Counted from the whole stretch's first letter, positions 9,648 through 19,192 are shown. The stretch is DNA of 62,632 bases, filler included, from 6 parts of 6 records of this genome joined end to end with filler, not necessarily neighbours in it; one strand, 5' to 3'. Notes: generated from the sequence alone by a model not told the origin. Numbers and translations are program-made.

Positions 9648-10231
9648 CCATGACCGGATCTCTCGACCGCCGCGCCGTCACGGCGAAACTTCTTGAAGAC
9701 CGGGGCGATCTTCTGGTCGTCACCGGGCTCGGCTCACCCAGCTACGATGTCATGGCCGCGGGTGATCATGATCTCAACTATTACCTCTGGGCCGCCATGG
9801 GCAGTGCGGCGACTGTCGGTTTCGGCCTGGCCATGACCCAGCGCGAGAAACCTGTTCTGGTGCTGACCGGTGACGGCGAGATGCTGATGGGGCTTGGGGC
9901 GCTTGCCTCCATCGGCCAGAAGCTGCCGCCGAACCTGACTATCGCCGTGCTCGATAACGGGCATTACGGCGAGACCGGCATGCAGACCAGCCATACGGGA
10001 CGGGATATCGAGCTTGCCCGGTTCGCCGAGGCGGCCAACTTCCCCTGGACCCGGGTGGTGACGGACATGGACGGGGTGAGTGATCTGCGAACCCGCATGC
10101 AGTCACAGAGCGGTACGTCCTTCGCCGCGATCAAGATCGCCGCCGAGAACCTTCCGCGCGCCCTGCCGCCGCGTGATGGCGTGCATGTGAAGAACCGCTT
10201 CCGGGCTGCCCTCGGCCTCTCGACCATCTGA
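9644..10231 (+). CDS. ThDP-dependent decarboxylase beta subunit (ComE-like)
   Basis: ThDP motif GDG...LDN..Y, AMGSA. ATGA overlap with the alpha subunit gene. Confidence 0.8.
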   Translation: MTMTGSLDRRAVTAKLLEDRGDLLVVTGLGSPSYDVMAAGDHDLNYYLWAAMGSAATVGFGLAMTQREKPVLVLTGDGEMLMGLGALASIGQKLPPNLTIAVLDNGHYGETGMQTSHTGRDIELARFAEAANFPWTRVVTDMDGVSDLRTRMQSQSGTSFAAIKIAAENLPRALPPRDGVHVKNRFRAALGLSTI

Positions 10232-10267
10232 TCTGCCGGGCAACAGAACGCCCCACTGGAGAGAATT

Positions 10268-11422
10268 ATGTCTGCCAACGACTACAACGATATCCGTGAA
10301 GCAGTGCGGGCGCTCTGTGCCGACTTCCCGCCGGAATATCATCGCGGGATCGACGAGAAGCGCGGCTATCCCGAAGAGTTTGTCGATGCCCTGACAAAGG
10401 CGGGCTGGATGGCCGCGCTGATCCCCGAAGAGTTCGGCGGCTCCGGCCTCGGCCTGACAGAAGCCTCCGTCATCATGGAGGAGATCAACCGGTCCGGCGG
10501 CAATTCCGGTGCCTGCCACGGTCAGATGTATAATATGGGAACCCTGTTGCGGCACGGCTCCGACGCCCAGAAGCAACTCTACCTGCCGAAGATCGCCAGC
10601 GGTGAGCTGCGTTTGCAGTCCATGGGCGTGACCGAGCCGACCACGGGCACAGACACGACCAAGATCAAGACCAAGGCGGAGCGCAAGGGCGACCGCTATG
10701 TCATCAACGGCCAGAAAGTCTGGATTTCCCGCATCCAGCATTCGGACCTGATGATCCTGTTGGCCCGGACTACGCCGCTTGAGGATGTGAAGAAAAAGTC
10801 CGAAGGCATGTCGATCTTCATCGTCGATCTGCGGGATGCCATCGGCAACGGCATGACGGTGCAGCCGATCCCGAACATGGTCAATCATGAGACGAACGAG
10901 CTGTTCTTCGACAATCTGGAAATCCCGGTCGAGAACCTGATCGGCGAAGAGGGCAAGGGGTTCAAATACATCCTCGACGGCCTCAATGCCGAGCGCACGC
11001 TGATCGCGGCGGAATGTATCGGTGACGGCTACTGGTTCATCGACAAGGTGACGGAATATGTGAAGGAGCGGATCGTTTTCGGCCGCCCCATCGGCCAGAA
11101 CCAGGGCGTGCAGTTTCCGATCGCCGAGGCCCATATCGAGATCGAGGCCGCCAACCTGATGCGCTACGAGGCCTGCAAGCTGTTCGACGCGCACGAGCCA
11201 TGCGGCGCGCAGGCCAACATGGCGAAGTACCTCGCGGCGAAAGCCTCCTGGGAAGCGGCCAATGCCTGCATCCAGTTCCATGGCGGCTTCGGCTTCGCCT
11301 GCGAATATGACGTCGAGCGCAAGTTCCGCGAAACCCGGCTGTATCAAGTGGCGCCGATCTCGACCAACCTGATCCTGAGCTATGTCGCCGAGCATGTGCT
11401 CGGCATGCCCCGGTCGTTCTGA
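10268..11422 (+). CDS. Acyl-CoA dehydrogenase
   Basis: IPEEFGGSGLG, GVTEPTTGTD, INGQKVWIS, FGRPIGQNQGVQF, QFHGGFGF..EYDVERKFRE. Confidence 0.93.
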   Translation: MSANDYNDIREAVRALCADFPPEYHRGIDEKRGYPEEFVDALTKAGWMAALIPEEFGGSGLGLTEASVIMEEINRSGGNSGACHGQMYNMGTLLRHGSDAQKQLYLPKIASGELRLQSMGVTEPTTGTDTTKIKTKAERKGDRYVINGQKVWISRIQHSDLMILLARTTPLEDVKKKSEGMSIFIVDLRDAIGNGMTVQPIPNMVNHETNELFFDNLEIPVENLIGEEGKGFKYILDGLNAERTLIAAECIGDGYWFIDKVTEYVKERIVFGRPIGQNQGVQFPIAEAHIEIEAANLMRYEACKLFDAHEPCGAQANMAKYLAAKASWEAANACIQFHGGFGFACEYDVERKFRETRLYQVAPISTNLILSYVAEHVLGMPRSF

Positions 11423-11432
11423 GGAACTGAAT

Positions 11433-12530
11433 ATGCGACTTCCCCTCGAAGGACTGACCGTGCTTGCTCTTGAACAGGCCGTGGCCGCACCATTCTGCAC
11501 CTCACGCCTTGCCGATGCCGGTGCCCGGGTGATCAAGATCGAGCGGCCTGAAGGCGATTTCGCCCGAGGCTATGATGATGTGGCGAAGGGGCAGAGTAGC
11601 TATTTCGTCTGGCTCAATCGCGGCAAGGAATCCGTGGTGCTCAACCTTGCCTCGGACGAGGACAAGGCCGAATTCCGGGAATTGGTCTCTCAAGCGGACA
11701 TTCTGGTACAGAATCTGAAGCCGGGTGCGCTGACCCGGCTCGGTTTTCCGATCGAGGAGCTGCGCCGCACCTATCCGCGTCTGATCACGCTTTCGATCAG
11801 CGGCTACGGCGACGAAGGGCCGCTTGCCGCACGCAAGGCCTACGATCTGCTGATCCAGGCTGAATCTGGTCTCTGCTCCATCACGGGCGGGGCGGAGGAG
11901 CCGGCGCGGGTCGGCGTATCCATCGTCGATATCGCGACAGGGCAGACAGCCCATGCGGCCGTGCTCGAAGCTGTGATCGCCCGTTCGGTCAGCGGTGAGG
12001 GCGCGGACATCCGAATCTCGATGTTCGACGTGATGGCCGACTGGATGACCGTGCCGCTGCTCAATCACGAGGGCGGCAAGACCCCGAAACGGATGGGGCT
12101 CCGGCATCCCTCCATCGCGCCTTACGGTGTGTTCGAGACGCGGGATGGCGTATCCCTTCTGATCTCGATCCAGAGCGACAGGGAATGGGCCAGCCTCTGC
12201 CGCCATGTTCTCGATGATGAAAGCGCGATCACGGATGAGCGTTTTGCGACGAACGTCGTCCGGGTACAGAACCGGCCGGAGACGGACGGTCTTGTGGCGC
12301 GCAGTTTCGCGGCGAGAGACGCCGATGCTCTGGAAGAAATGCTGGACGGTGCGGCTATCGCCTTTGCCCGGGTGAACGACACGGGCGCGCTGTCCTCTCA
12401 TCCGCATTTGCGCCGGATCACCGTCGATACGCCGGAGGGGGGCGTCTCATATCCGGCCCCGGCGGCGATCTTCATCGGGGCACCGCGCCATTACGGCCCC
12501 GTCCCGGGGATTGGGGAAAAGCCGATTTAA
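11433..12530 (+). CDS. CaiB/BaiF (class III) CoA-transferase
   Basis: PLEGLTVL..EQAVAAPF...LADAGARVIKIERP.GDFAR, NRGKES, YDLLIQAESG, catalytic D in SIVDI. Confidence 0.92.
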   Translation: MRLPLEGLTVLALEQAVAAPFCTSRLADAGARVIKIERPEGDFARGYDDVAKGQSSYFVWLNRGKESVVLNLASDEDKAEFRELVSQADILVQNLKPGALTRLGFPIEELRRTYPRLITLSISGYGDEGPLAARKAYDLLIQAESGLCSITGGAEEPARVGVSIVDIATGQTAHAAVLEAVIARSVSGEGADIRISMFDVMADWMTVPLLNHEGGKTPKRMGLRHPSIAPYGVFETRDGVSLLISIQSDREWASLCRHVLDDESAITDERFATNVVRVQNRPETDGLVARSFAARDADALEEMLDGAAIAFARVNDTGALSSHPHLRRITVDTPEGGVSYPAPAAIFIGAPRHYGPVPGIGEKPI

Positions 12531-12626
12531 AAGGTGTGATCTCCCTCCCTGATTAGCCCGATTCACGCTTGCTTCAAACGGTGTGGATGTCATTCTCGTC
12601 CCTGCAAGAGGGACAAAGCTTTGTAA

Positions 12627-12702
12627 ATTAGAATAATTCCAAAAAATCTGAATCTCCCTCTTGCGCTTGGCTGGAATTGAGTCATTTTAGAATGATTATA
12701 AT
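12627..12702. promoter_or_regulatory. Two Irr (ICE)/PerR-like boxes upstream of katG
   Basis: ATTAGAATAATTCCAAA (12627-12643) and TTTAGAATGATTATAAT (12686-12702) compared with ICE consensus TTTRGAAYNRTTCYAAA. Confidence 0.65.
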
Positions 12703-12711
12703 TCGCGCTAA

Positions 12712-12990
<279 letters not shown>

Positions 12991-13090
12991 NNNNNNNNNN
13001 NNNNNNNNNNNNNNNNNNNNNNNNNNNNNNNNNNTTAATTAATTAANNNNNNNNNNNNNNNNNNNNNNNNNNNNNNNNNNNNNNNNNNNN
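12991..13090. other. Artificial contig-joining spacer
   Basis: 44 N + TTAATTAATTAA (stops in all six frames) + 44 N. Confidence 0.98.
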
Positions 13091-13354
13091 CTGCCCGGCC
13101 AACATATGCGCGCCGTCCAGCTGACCGCCAATCACACCGTCCAGCAGAACCTTCCAGTTGGCCTGTGCCTCCAGTGTGACGAACAACCCTTCGTCCAGAA
13201 AATAGCCATTTTCATAGGCGACCGCCAACGGCGCCATGTCGGTCAGCTTGATAAAGCCGAACTTGAGTTCGTCTTTTTCCAGCTCCAGCATCTCGGCAAA
13301 GGCCGGGGCGCCAAGCAGTGTCGTCGTCAGAAGTAAGGCAGAGAAATGTTTCAT
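13091..13354 (-). CDS. nrtA: Nitrate/nitrite ABC transporter substrate-binding protein (NrtA/CmpA family), 3'-truncated
   Basis: Signal peptide, [40 protein letters not shown]. Lies downstream of nasTS and has an ANTAR leader. Confidence 0.88.
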
Positions 13355-13397
13355 CTGGTCGTCCCTTTAGGGTCCGGGACAGACGCCCGGACATACG

Positions 13398-13448
13398 AAA
13401 AATAGCCGCTGACCAACCTCATGCGTCGGCATGAAGGGTCGAGCGGCT
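13398..13448 (-). terminator. Leader (attenuator) terminator upstream of nrtA
   Basis: Minus strand AGCCGCT-C-GACC...GGTC-AGCGGCT-ATTTTT. The 5' arm overlaps the last ANTAR hairpin. Confidence 0.8.
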
Positions 13449-13505
13449 GTGCTCGGATTACCCGGACTTTGGGAATGGGGTCAGGCGGACGCCATTGTCT
13501 GCCTG
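13440..13505 (-). promoter_or_regulatory. ANTAR (NasT)-binding dual-hexaloop RNA element
   Basis: Minus-strand hairpins CAGGC-A-GAC[AATGGC]GTC-C-GCCTG and CGAGC[ACAGCC]GCTCG, both hexaloops with A1/G4. The second overlaps the terminator. Confidence 0.85.
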
Positions 13506-13611
13506 CCATCTATCAAGGTCGAATCCCGAGGTGTAATCAACGAAAAATCAGGATTTTAGTCCGCAGGGGGTCATTTTTCTGCATCGCGGCATACTTGTGC
13601 TGATTTCCTGA

Positions 13612-14712
13612 TCACTCCGGCGGCACGGGGGTGAAATTCTGACCATCGAATGAACGCTCGAATGACGCAGGCTCCGCCGTGTAACCGGGAATCGACTGCA
13701 ACGCATTCTCATGCAGATCGGTGCGATAGGTCGCGCGGGCCACGGCCTGAGAGGTGCCGCGATCCAATCCCAGCCGTGCTGCGAGCCGCCCGCCGATCCA
13801 TGCCGCATGGGCCTGTTGCGGTGCAAAGTGGCCAAAATCCACGAATTTCGGAACGACACGGCTGTCGCCCCGTGCGGAGATTGTCAGATGCCCCGACAAA
13901 GCGCGGTCGATGACCTCGGTCGGCACGTCAAGGTAATCCCGACCCGACAACATCTCGCAGGCGGTCACCCGACTGCGCGGATCGTTCAGCCATTGGCCCG
14001 CATGCCACAAGGCACGGATCAGGGCGCGCAGGGGCTCGGGGTCGCTGTCGGCGAGATCGGCCCGCACGCCCAGCACCTTTTCCGGCATTCCAGGCCAGAT
14101 CGCGGAGCCGGGCAGCAACAACGCCCCAACGGCTCTTTCCACGGCCATCGACCCCCAGGGTTCCCCCACGCAGCAAGCGTCAATTTCACCTGCTGCAAGG
14201 GCCGCCGCCATCAGAGGCGGCGGAACCGTGCGGATATCAATGCCCGATGGCGCAGGCAGGCCCAGCGCCGTCAGCCAGTGATACAACAGCTCTGCGTGCA
14301 TTGAGAACGGGAACGGCACCGCGATGCGCAGCGGCCCGTCCGCTGCGGCAATCAACGCACGGCCTGCCGCATGGGCATCGTCGAAACCGAAATCGTGACC
14401 TGCCTCGCGCAACCTTTTGGCCATGGCCGCGCTGACGCACACTACCTCGCCATTCGTTGACAGGACCGCGACCGCCGCCAGTGCCGCACCGGCCCCGCCC
14501 AGTCCAAGCGCTGTGGCGACGGGCATCGGTGACAGCATCTGTGCGGCGGTGACCTGTCCGAAAGACACCATGTCCCGCAGCGCCGACCATGAATTCGCGC
14601 GCCGCAAGTCCAGCGCGATGCCTTCGGCCCGGTCGAACCCCATCTCGACAGCGACAATCAACGGTCCTGCGTCAATAAGCGGAACGAAGCCAACGGGAAT
14701 GGTTGCCGTCAT
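13612..14712 (-). CDS. nasS: Nitrate sensor NasS (cytoplasmic NrtA-like protein)
   Basis: No signal peptide. GFVPLID.GPL, SWS.LRD, VPFPFSMH, VPPPLM, CVGEPWGS, PEKVL. Coupled to nasT. Confidence 0.85.
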   Translation of the reverse strand: MTATIPVGFVPLIDAGPLIVAVEMGFDRAEGIALDLRRANSWSALRDMVSFGQVTAAQMLSPMPVATALGLGGAGAALAAVAVLSTNGEVVCVSAAMAKRLREAGHDFGFDDAHAAGRALIAAADGPLRIAVPFPFSMHAELLYHWLTALGLPAPSGIDIRTVPPPLMAAALAAGEIDACCVGEPWGSMAVERAVGALLLPGSAIWPGMPEKVLGVRADLADSDPEPLRALIRALWHAGQWLNDPRSRVTACEMLSGRDYLDVPTEVIDRALSGHLTISARGDSRVVPKFVDFGHFAPQQAHAAWIGGRLAARLGLDRGTSQAVARATYRTDLHENALQSIPGYTAEPASFERSFDGQNFTPVPPE

Positions 14713-15293
14713 GACAGCAACCCTGCGGTGCTGACCAATGCCTCGGCCACATCGCCGACTTTGCGTCCCTGATCCATCGCGGCGCGTCGCAACAGGGCAT
14801 AGGCGGCTTCCTCGTCGATCCCCTTTGCCTTCATCAGGATGCCCTTCGCGCGATCAATCACCTTGCGTTCTTCAAGGGCGCGTTTGGTTGCAGCCAATTC
14901 CGTGCGCATCTGCCGGAACATGTTGAACCGCGTGACAGCAGCGTCGAGGATCGGCTTGAGGCGGTCGGCACGCAGCCCGTCGACGACATAGGCCGACACG
15001 CCCGCCTCGATCGCAAGTTTGGTCAGGTTCGCGTCCCCCTGATCCACAAACAACGCGACGGGTCGCTCCAGCGGGGCGGTCGCCAGTGTCAGTTCCTCCA
15101 GCGCATCGCGCGATGGATTGTCGAGGTCGATCAGGACAATGTCCGGGTTGATCTCCTTAATCGCCGTGTTCAGCCGGGTCATGTCGTCAACGATGTTGAG
15201 TTCGTATTGCCCGACCCGCAACAGGCTTTCCTCGATCAACGCCGCACGCGCCGGATCGCTTTCCACGATTGTGATTTTCAGAAGTCGCTGCAT
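14709..15293 (-). CDS. nasT: ANTAR-domain response regulator NasT
   Basis: REC-like N-terminus (PDIVLIDL..P.RD.LE, AIEAGVSAYVVDGL) and ANTAR domain LEERKVIDRAKGILM. Likely start MQRLLKI at 15293. Confidence 0.9.
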   Translation of the reverse strand: MQRLLKITIVESDPARAALIEESLLRVGQYELNIVDDMTRLNTAIKEINPDIVLIDLDNPSRDALEELTLATAPLERPVALFVDQGDANLTKLAIEAGVSAYVVDGLRADRLKPILDAAVTRFNMFRQMRTELAATKRALEERKVIDRAKGILMKAKGIDEEAAYALLRRAAMDQGRKVGDVAEALVSTAGLLS

Positions 15294-15367
15294 CAATGAA
15301 CCGTCAACAAACCCCGGCACCATTGGCAATGTTGAACGATGGTCCGGCGATACATTATTCACCGTGC

Positions 15368-15384
15368 TGCCTGAAAATTGCGCA
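15368..15384. promoter_or_regulatory. Putative NtrC-binding site upstream of nasT
   Basis: TGCCTGAAAATTGCGCA fits TGC-N11-GCA with an AT-rich core. A TGGTGC half-site lies near 15419. Confidence 0.5.
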
Positions 15385-15509
15385 CATATACGGCTGTCGT
15401 CCCAGTCCCTCTTGTATATGGTGCGGGCGCAAGGCGTCCACCACGGCCACTCGCCCGCGCCTTCTGCATTAGGCCCCGTCCCGCCGCAACCGCGCTGACA
15501 GGGCCATCC

Positions 15510-16733
15510 TCAATCCTGCCAACCCTTGCGCAGAACCTGTGCCACGGCATCGGCCATAGCCTGATTTCCATTGCCTCCCGGGTGCAGATGATCGCCGCTG
15601 TCGTAAAGCGGATTCAGGCGCATGTCGTCTTTCGGAGCGCTCAGCACGCGGTCAAAGTCCACAAGCGCGTCATAGAAATCTGCCCCTCTCAACCAATCAT
15701 TCAACGCCCTGCGCAGTGCGTCTTTCTCGGGGCTCCAGTAGGTTGCTTCCATCGGCGTATCCGGCAGCGCCCCTTCAAAAGGGGGAACTGTGCCAATGAC
15801 CAGCCGCATGCCCTGCGCACGGGTGCGTGCGGCAACCTGCATCAGGCCTTGTTGCAGGCCTTCCAAGGTCATGGGGGCTTCTTCGGGTGAAAACGGTGTG
15901 CCGGGCCAGGCAATATCGTTCGTGCCGATCAGCAGGACCAGCACGTTTGCCCCCGGCACGGCCAGCACGTCATGGTCAAGCCGGGCCAACACGCTGCGGC
16001 CCATCCCGTCGCTCAGCAGGCGACCGCCAGAAATCCCGGCATTGACCACCGCGACCCCCTCAGCGGCGAGGGCATGGGCGAGGAGATCAGGCCAGCGCAC
16101 CATGGCATCCATAGGTGCGCCGTTGCCGTCGGTGATGGAATCTCCCATGGCGATCACGCCCAGCCGCGCGGGGATGTCGGACAAAACCATGCTCAGGGTC
16201 AGACGGGCCGGAAGCTCTTGCAATACCTCAGGGGCCGGTTTGTCGGCGTCGATCAGATAGCTGGTTTCGCGTGCGTCCCAATGGAAGTCTTCTGCAACCG
16301 CGTCCGCCCCGTAGGTGAGCGTGGCGGCGATCCGGGCTCCGGCTTCAGCCGGAAAGACGACAGCGTCGGAAACGACCTGCGCGCCCGGCGCGATGACTGT
16401 GCCTGCATGACCGCCAAACAGAACCTCCTGCGCGTCTTCGGTCTGTGCATCGGGGGCACTGTGCGCCAGCGTCAGCGCAGTGACCGGAAGCGGACGCGTG
16501 CCGTGCACATTCGACAAAACCAGCCGTATGCGATTTGCCGGGAACGCCAGCGTCAGCGGCTGCCTGATGGTCGCCCCGGCGATCTGCTCTGGCAGTCCTG
16601 TGGCAAACACGGTCGTGTCGCTCCACACAGCTTGCGGACTGGCCATCCAGGCCGGAACCCAGTTTTCCGCAAGCCCCGGTGCCGCGATGGCCATGGCCAC
16701 CAGCGTGGCCGTTGTGCGTATGATCTGTCTCAT
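15510..16733 (-). CDS. Secreted SGNH/GDSL hydrolase
   Basis: Signal peptide, GDSITDG, VVNAGISG, IGTND, DSGDHLHP. Start MRQIIR after AAGGAA. Confidence 0.9.
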   Translation of the reverse strand: MRQIIRTTATLVAMAIAAPGLAENWVPAWMASPQAVWSDTTVFATGLPEQIAGATIRQPLTLAFPANRIRLVLSNVHGTRPLPVTALTLAHSAPDAQTEDAQEVLFGGHAGTVIAPGAQVVSDAVVFPAEAGARIAATLTYGADAVAEDFHWDARETSYLIDADKPAPEVLQELPARLTLSMVLSDIPARLGVIAMGDSITDGNGAPMDAMVRWPDLLAHALAAEGVAVVNAGISGGRLLSDGMGRSVLARLDHDVLAVPGANVLVLLIGTNDIAWPGTPFSPEEAPMTLEGLQQGLMQVAARTRAQGMRLVIGTVPPFEGALPDTPMEATYWSPEKDALRRALNDWLRGADFYDALVDFDRVLSAPKDDMRLNPLYDSGDHLHPGGNGNQAMADAVAQVLRKGWQD

Positions 16734-16734
16734 C

Positions 16735-17910
16735 TCAGTTCCTTTCAGGGAGAAATGCCAAGGCCAGCGCGGCCAATGGCAGGATCGCGGCAAGTGGTGC
16801 AAGACTGGGCAGGCCAAACCCGGCAGAGAGCACCAGCCCCCCGAGCCAGGCACCGATGGCATTGCCCAGGTTAAAGGCAGAGATATTCAGCGTGGCGCCC
16901 AGTGTTTCTGCCCCGTCGGGTGTACGTGCCATCATCCGGGCCTGAAGCGGGGCAAGGGTGGCGAAAGCCAGCAGGCCCAGCAGCAGTATCGCCGGGGCCG
17001 CCAACACGGGCACAGCCAGCCCCAGTCGCAAGGCCAGCAAACCAGCGGCCAGACCAAGAAGCACAATCGGCACAGCGGGGCCGGGCCAACGGTCCGCCAG
17101 CCGACCGCCCAGCAGATTGCCACCGACAATCCCAAGGCCAAAGAGCAAGAGGTAAAGCGCCACCCGCGCTTCCGGCACGCCTGCAACATCGGTCAAAAGC
17201 GGGGTGATGTAGGTAAAGACCATGAAGACGCCCGCATAGCCCATTGCCGTCATCACAAGCGCCAGCAAAGGAGCCGGGCGGATGAAAAGGGCCAATTGGC
17301 GAAATCTCAAAGGGGTATTCGACGCCGTTTGCGGCACGAAACAAGCGATGGCTGCAAATGCAACCGCGCCAATCCCGGCAACGGCCCAGAAGGTTGCACG
17401 CCAGCCAAATATCTGTCCCAACCAGGTGCCAAAGGGCAGCCCCAGTACCGTGGCCAATGTCAGCCCCGTGAACACGATGGCGATGGCCGAAGCCTTTCGA
17501 TGCGGCGGCACGATGGCCTGCGCCACAACCGAACCGGTGCCAAAGAACGTCCCGTGGGCAAAGCCGGTAATCACCCGTGCCGCCAGCACAAGGCCAAAGC
17601 CGGGAGAGACGGCGCACATGATGTTCCCAGCCGTAAAGATCGCCATAAGCAGCACCAACACGGCGCGGTGCGGCAGGCGGCTGGCGGCGATGGCCAGCAC
17701 CGGCCCGCCAAAGGTGACACCCAGGGCATAGCCCGTGATCAACAGCCCCGCCGAGGGCAGGCTGACGCCCAGGTCCTGCGCGACCTGTGGCAGCAGCCCC
17801 ATGATGACGAATTCCGTCAACCCGATGCCAAAGGCACCAATTCCAAGGGCAACGAGAGGTGCCACGCGTGTGCGCGGCCGCAAGGTTTCAGTATCTGACA
17901 GACTTGTCAT
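16735..17910 (-). CDS. MFS transporter (DHA1/AraJ-like)
   Basis: About 12 hydrophobic segments. GAFGIGLTEFVIMGLLP, GLPFGT.LG...GWRATF, NISAFNLGNAIGAWLGG. Confidence 0.9.
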   Translation of the reverse strand: MTSLSDTETLRPRTRVAPLVALGIGAFGIGLTEFVIMGLLPQVAQDLGVSLPSAGLLITGYALGVTFGGPVLAIAASRLPHRAVLVLLMAIFTAGNIMCAVSPGFGLVLAARVITGFAHGTFFGTGSVVAQAIVPPHRKASAIAIVFTGLTLATVLGLPFGTWLGQIFGWRATFWAVAGIGAVAFAAIACFVPQTASNTPLRFRQLALFIRPAPLLALVMTAMGYAGVFMVFTYITPLLTDVAGVPEARVALYLLLFGLGIVGGNLLGGRLADRWPGPAVPIVLLGLAAGLLALRLGLAVPVLAAPAILLLGLLAFATLAPLQARMMARTPDGAETLGATLNISAFNLGNAIGAWLGGLVLSAGFGLPSLAPLAAILPLAALALAFLPERN

Positions 17911-17990
17911 CCAGGTGTCTCCTTATTGATTGCGGAGACAATGGCAGCTTTTTCATTGCGGAATAATTTGGCCAATCATAACATCATTTA

Positions 17991-18003
17991 TGATTTCAAA
18001 TCA
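17991..18003. promoter_or_regulatory. Putative LysR box
   Basis: TGATTT-C-AAATCA palindrome (T-N11-A) between the divergent MFS and lysR genes. Confidence 0.6.
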
Positions 18004-18014
18004 CAAATGAGCCC

Positions 18015-18857
18015 ATGCGCGAACTCAACCGATTGCAGGAAATGGAGGTCTTTGTGGCCGTCGTGGACGAGGGCAGCTTTTCTGCTACTGCCCTCGCGCG
18101 GCGGATGACGCCCTCTGCGGTTTCAAAGATGATGACGCGGCTGGAACAGCGCCTTGGTGTCTCTTTGATGCGCCGGACCACGCGAAACATACACATCACG
18201 GATGAAGGGCACGCCTTTGCCCGTTCGGCCCGTGCCATTCTTGCAGCCCTTGATCAGGCCGAACGCGAGGTCGGCTGTGGTCCGGTTGCGGGCATCGTGC
18301 GGATCGCAACCAGTTCGGCCTATGCCAACCACATCTTTGCGCCAATCCTGCCGGACCTGTTGCGACAGCACCCGGATCTGGAGATCGAACTGGTGATCGG
18401 CGACGGGCTGGTGGATATGGGCGGGCAACCTATTGATCTGGCCGTCAGGGCCGGGCCACTGCCAAATTCGGCCATGAAGACGCGTTCCCTTGGCGTCTCT
18501 GACGTCATCACCGTCCGCGCGCCCGATGGCATGCAGGGCAATCTTGGCTTCGCCTATGCCCGTCGCGATCCCATCTGGAGAGAGGGCGCACCCCGCGTGA
18601 GGGCAACGGATGGCAACACCCTCGCCGCGCTGGCCCTGCATGGCAGCGGCACGGTACGGGTCGGGCGCTTTATCGTGAAAGAAGAGCTGGCCAGAGGGCA
18701 ATTGCGGATAGTCACCGAAAGCCCCGTCGTCCGCGAAGAGTTCCATGTCGTCTATCTTGGCAAGTTCGTTACGCTTCCGGCGCGTGTTTCGACCGTTGTC
18801 GAATATCTGGTGCGGAAAGGTCGGGTGGACCAAAACCATGGGCCTGTAACGGCATGA
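18015..18857 (+). CDS. LysR family transcriptional regulator
   Basis: MEVFVAVVDEGSFSA.A.....TPSAVSK...RLEQRLGV.L.RRTTR. Confidence 0.9.
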   Translation: MRELNRLQEMEVFVAVVDEGSFSATALARRMTPSAVSKMMTRLEQRLGVSLMRRTTRNIHITDEGHAFARSARAILAALDQAEREVGCGPVAGIVRIATSSAYANHIFAPILPDLLRQHPDLEIELVIGDGLVDMGGQPIDLAVRAGPLPNSAMKTRSLGVSDVITVRAPDGMQGNLGFAYARRDPIWREGAPRVRATDGNTLAALALHGSGTVRVGRFIVKEELARGQLRIVTESPVVREEFHVVYLGKFVTLPARVSTVVEYLVRKGRVDQNHGPVTA

Positions 18858-18941
18858 TAGACCGGGCCACGCCTCAAAGGTAAAAATCACTCAATAAGGT
18901 GTACAGGTGTGTTCCGGGTGGCTTTGGCATTGCGGGGCGTT

Positions 18942-19006
18942 TCGCGGGCCGAAATGGACCTGATCGCCGTGGCCTCGGCCTGTCCGATGGATCTGTTGCC
19001 GATCAA
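18942..19006 (+). pseudogene. Remnant of a urea-carboxylase-associated (DUF1989-like) protein C-terminus
   Basis: Frame reads RAEMDLIAVASACPMDLLPI, similar to the DUF1989 C-terminal motif. In-frame TAG at 18858 leaves no room for the N-terminal part. Confidence 0.5.
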
Positions 19007-19106
19007 NNNNNNNNNNNNNNNNNNNNNNNNNNNNNNNNNNNNNNNNNNNNTTAATTAATTAANNNNNNNNNNNNNNNNNNNNNNNNNNNNNNNNNNNNNN
19101 NNNNNN
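19007..19106. other. Artificial contig-joining spacer
   Basis: 44 N + TTAATTAATTAA + 44 N. Confidence 0.98.
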
Positions 19107-19192
19107 CATGTTGTTCATAAACACAGACCAAGATAAAACGCAATCATCATAGCATCACCAAATAAGCACGATCCATTAAAAGTAATGCTTAC

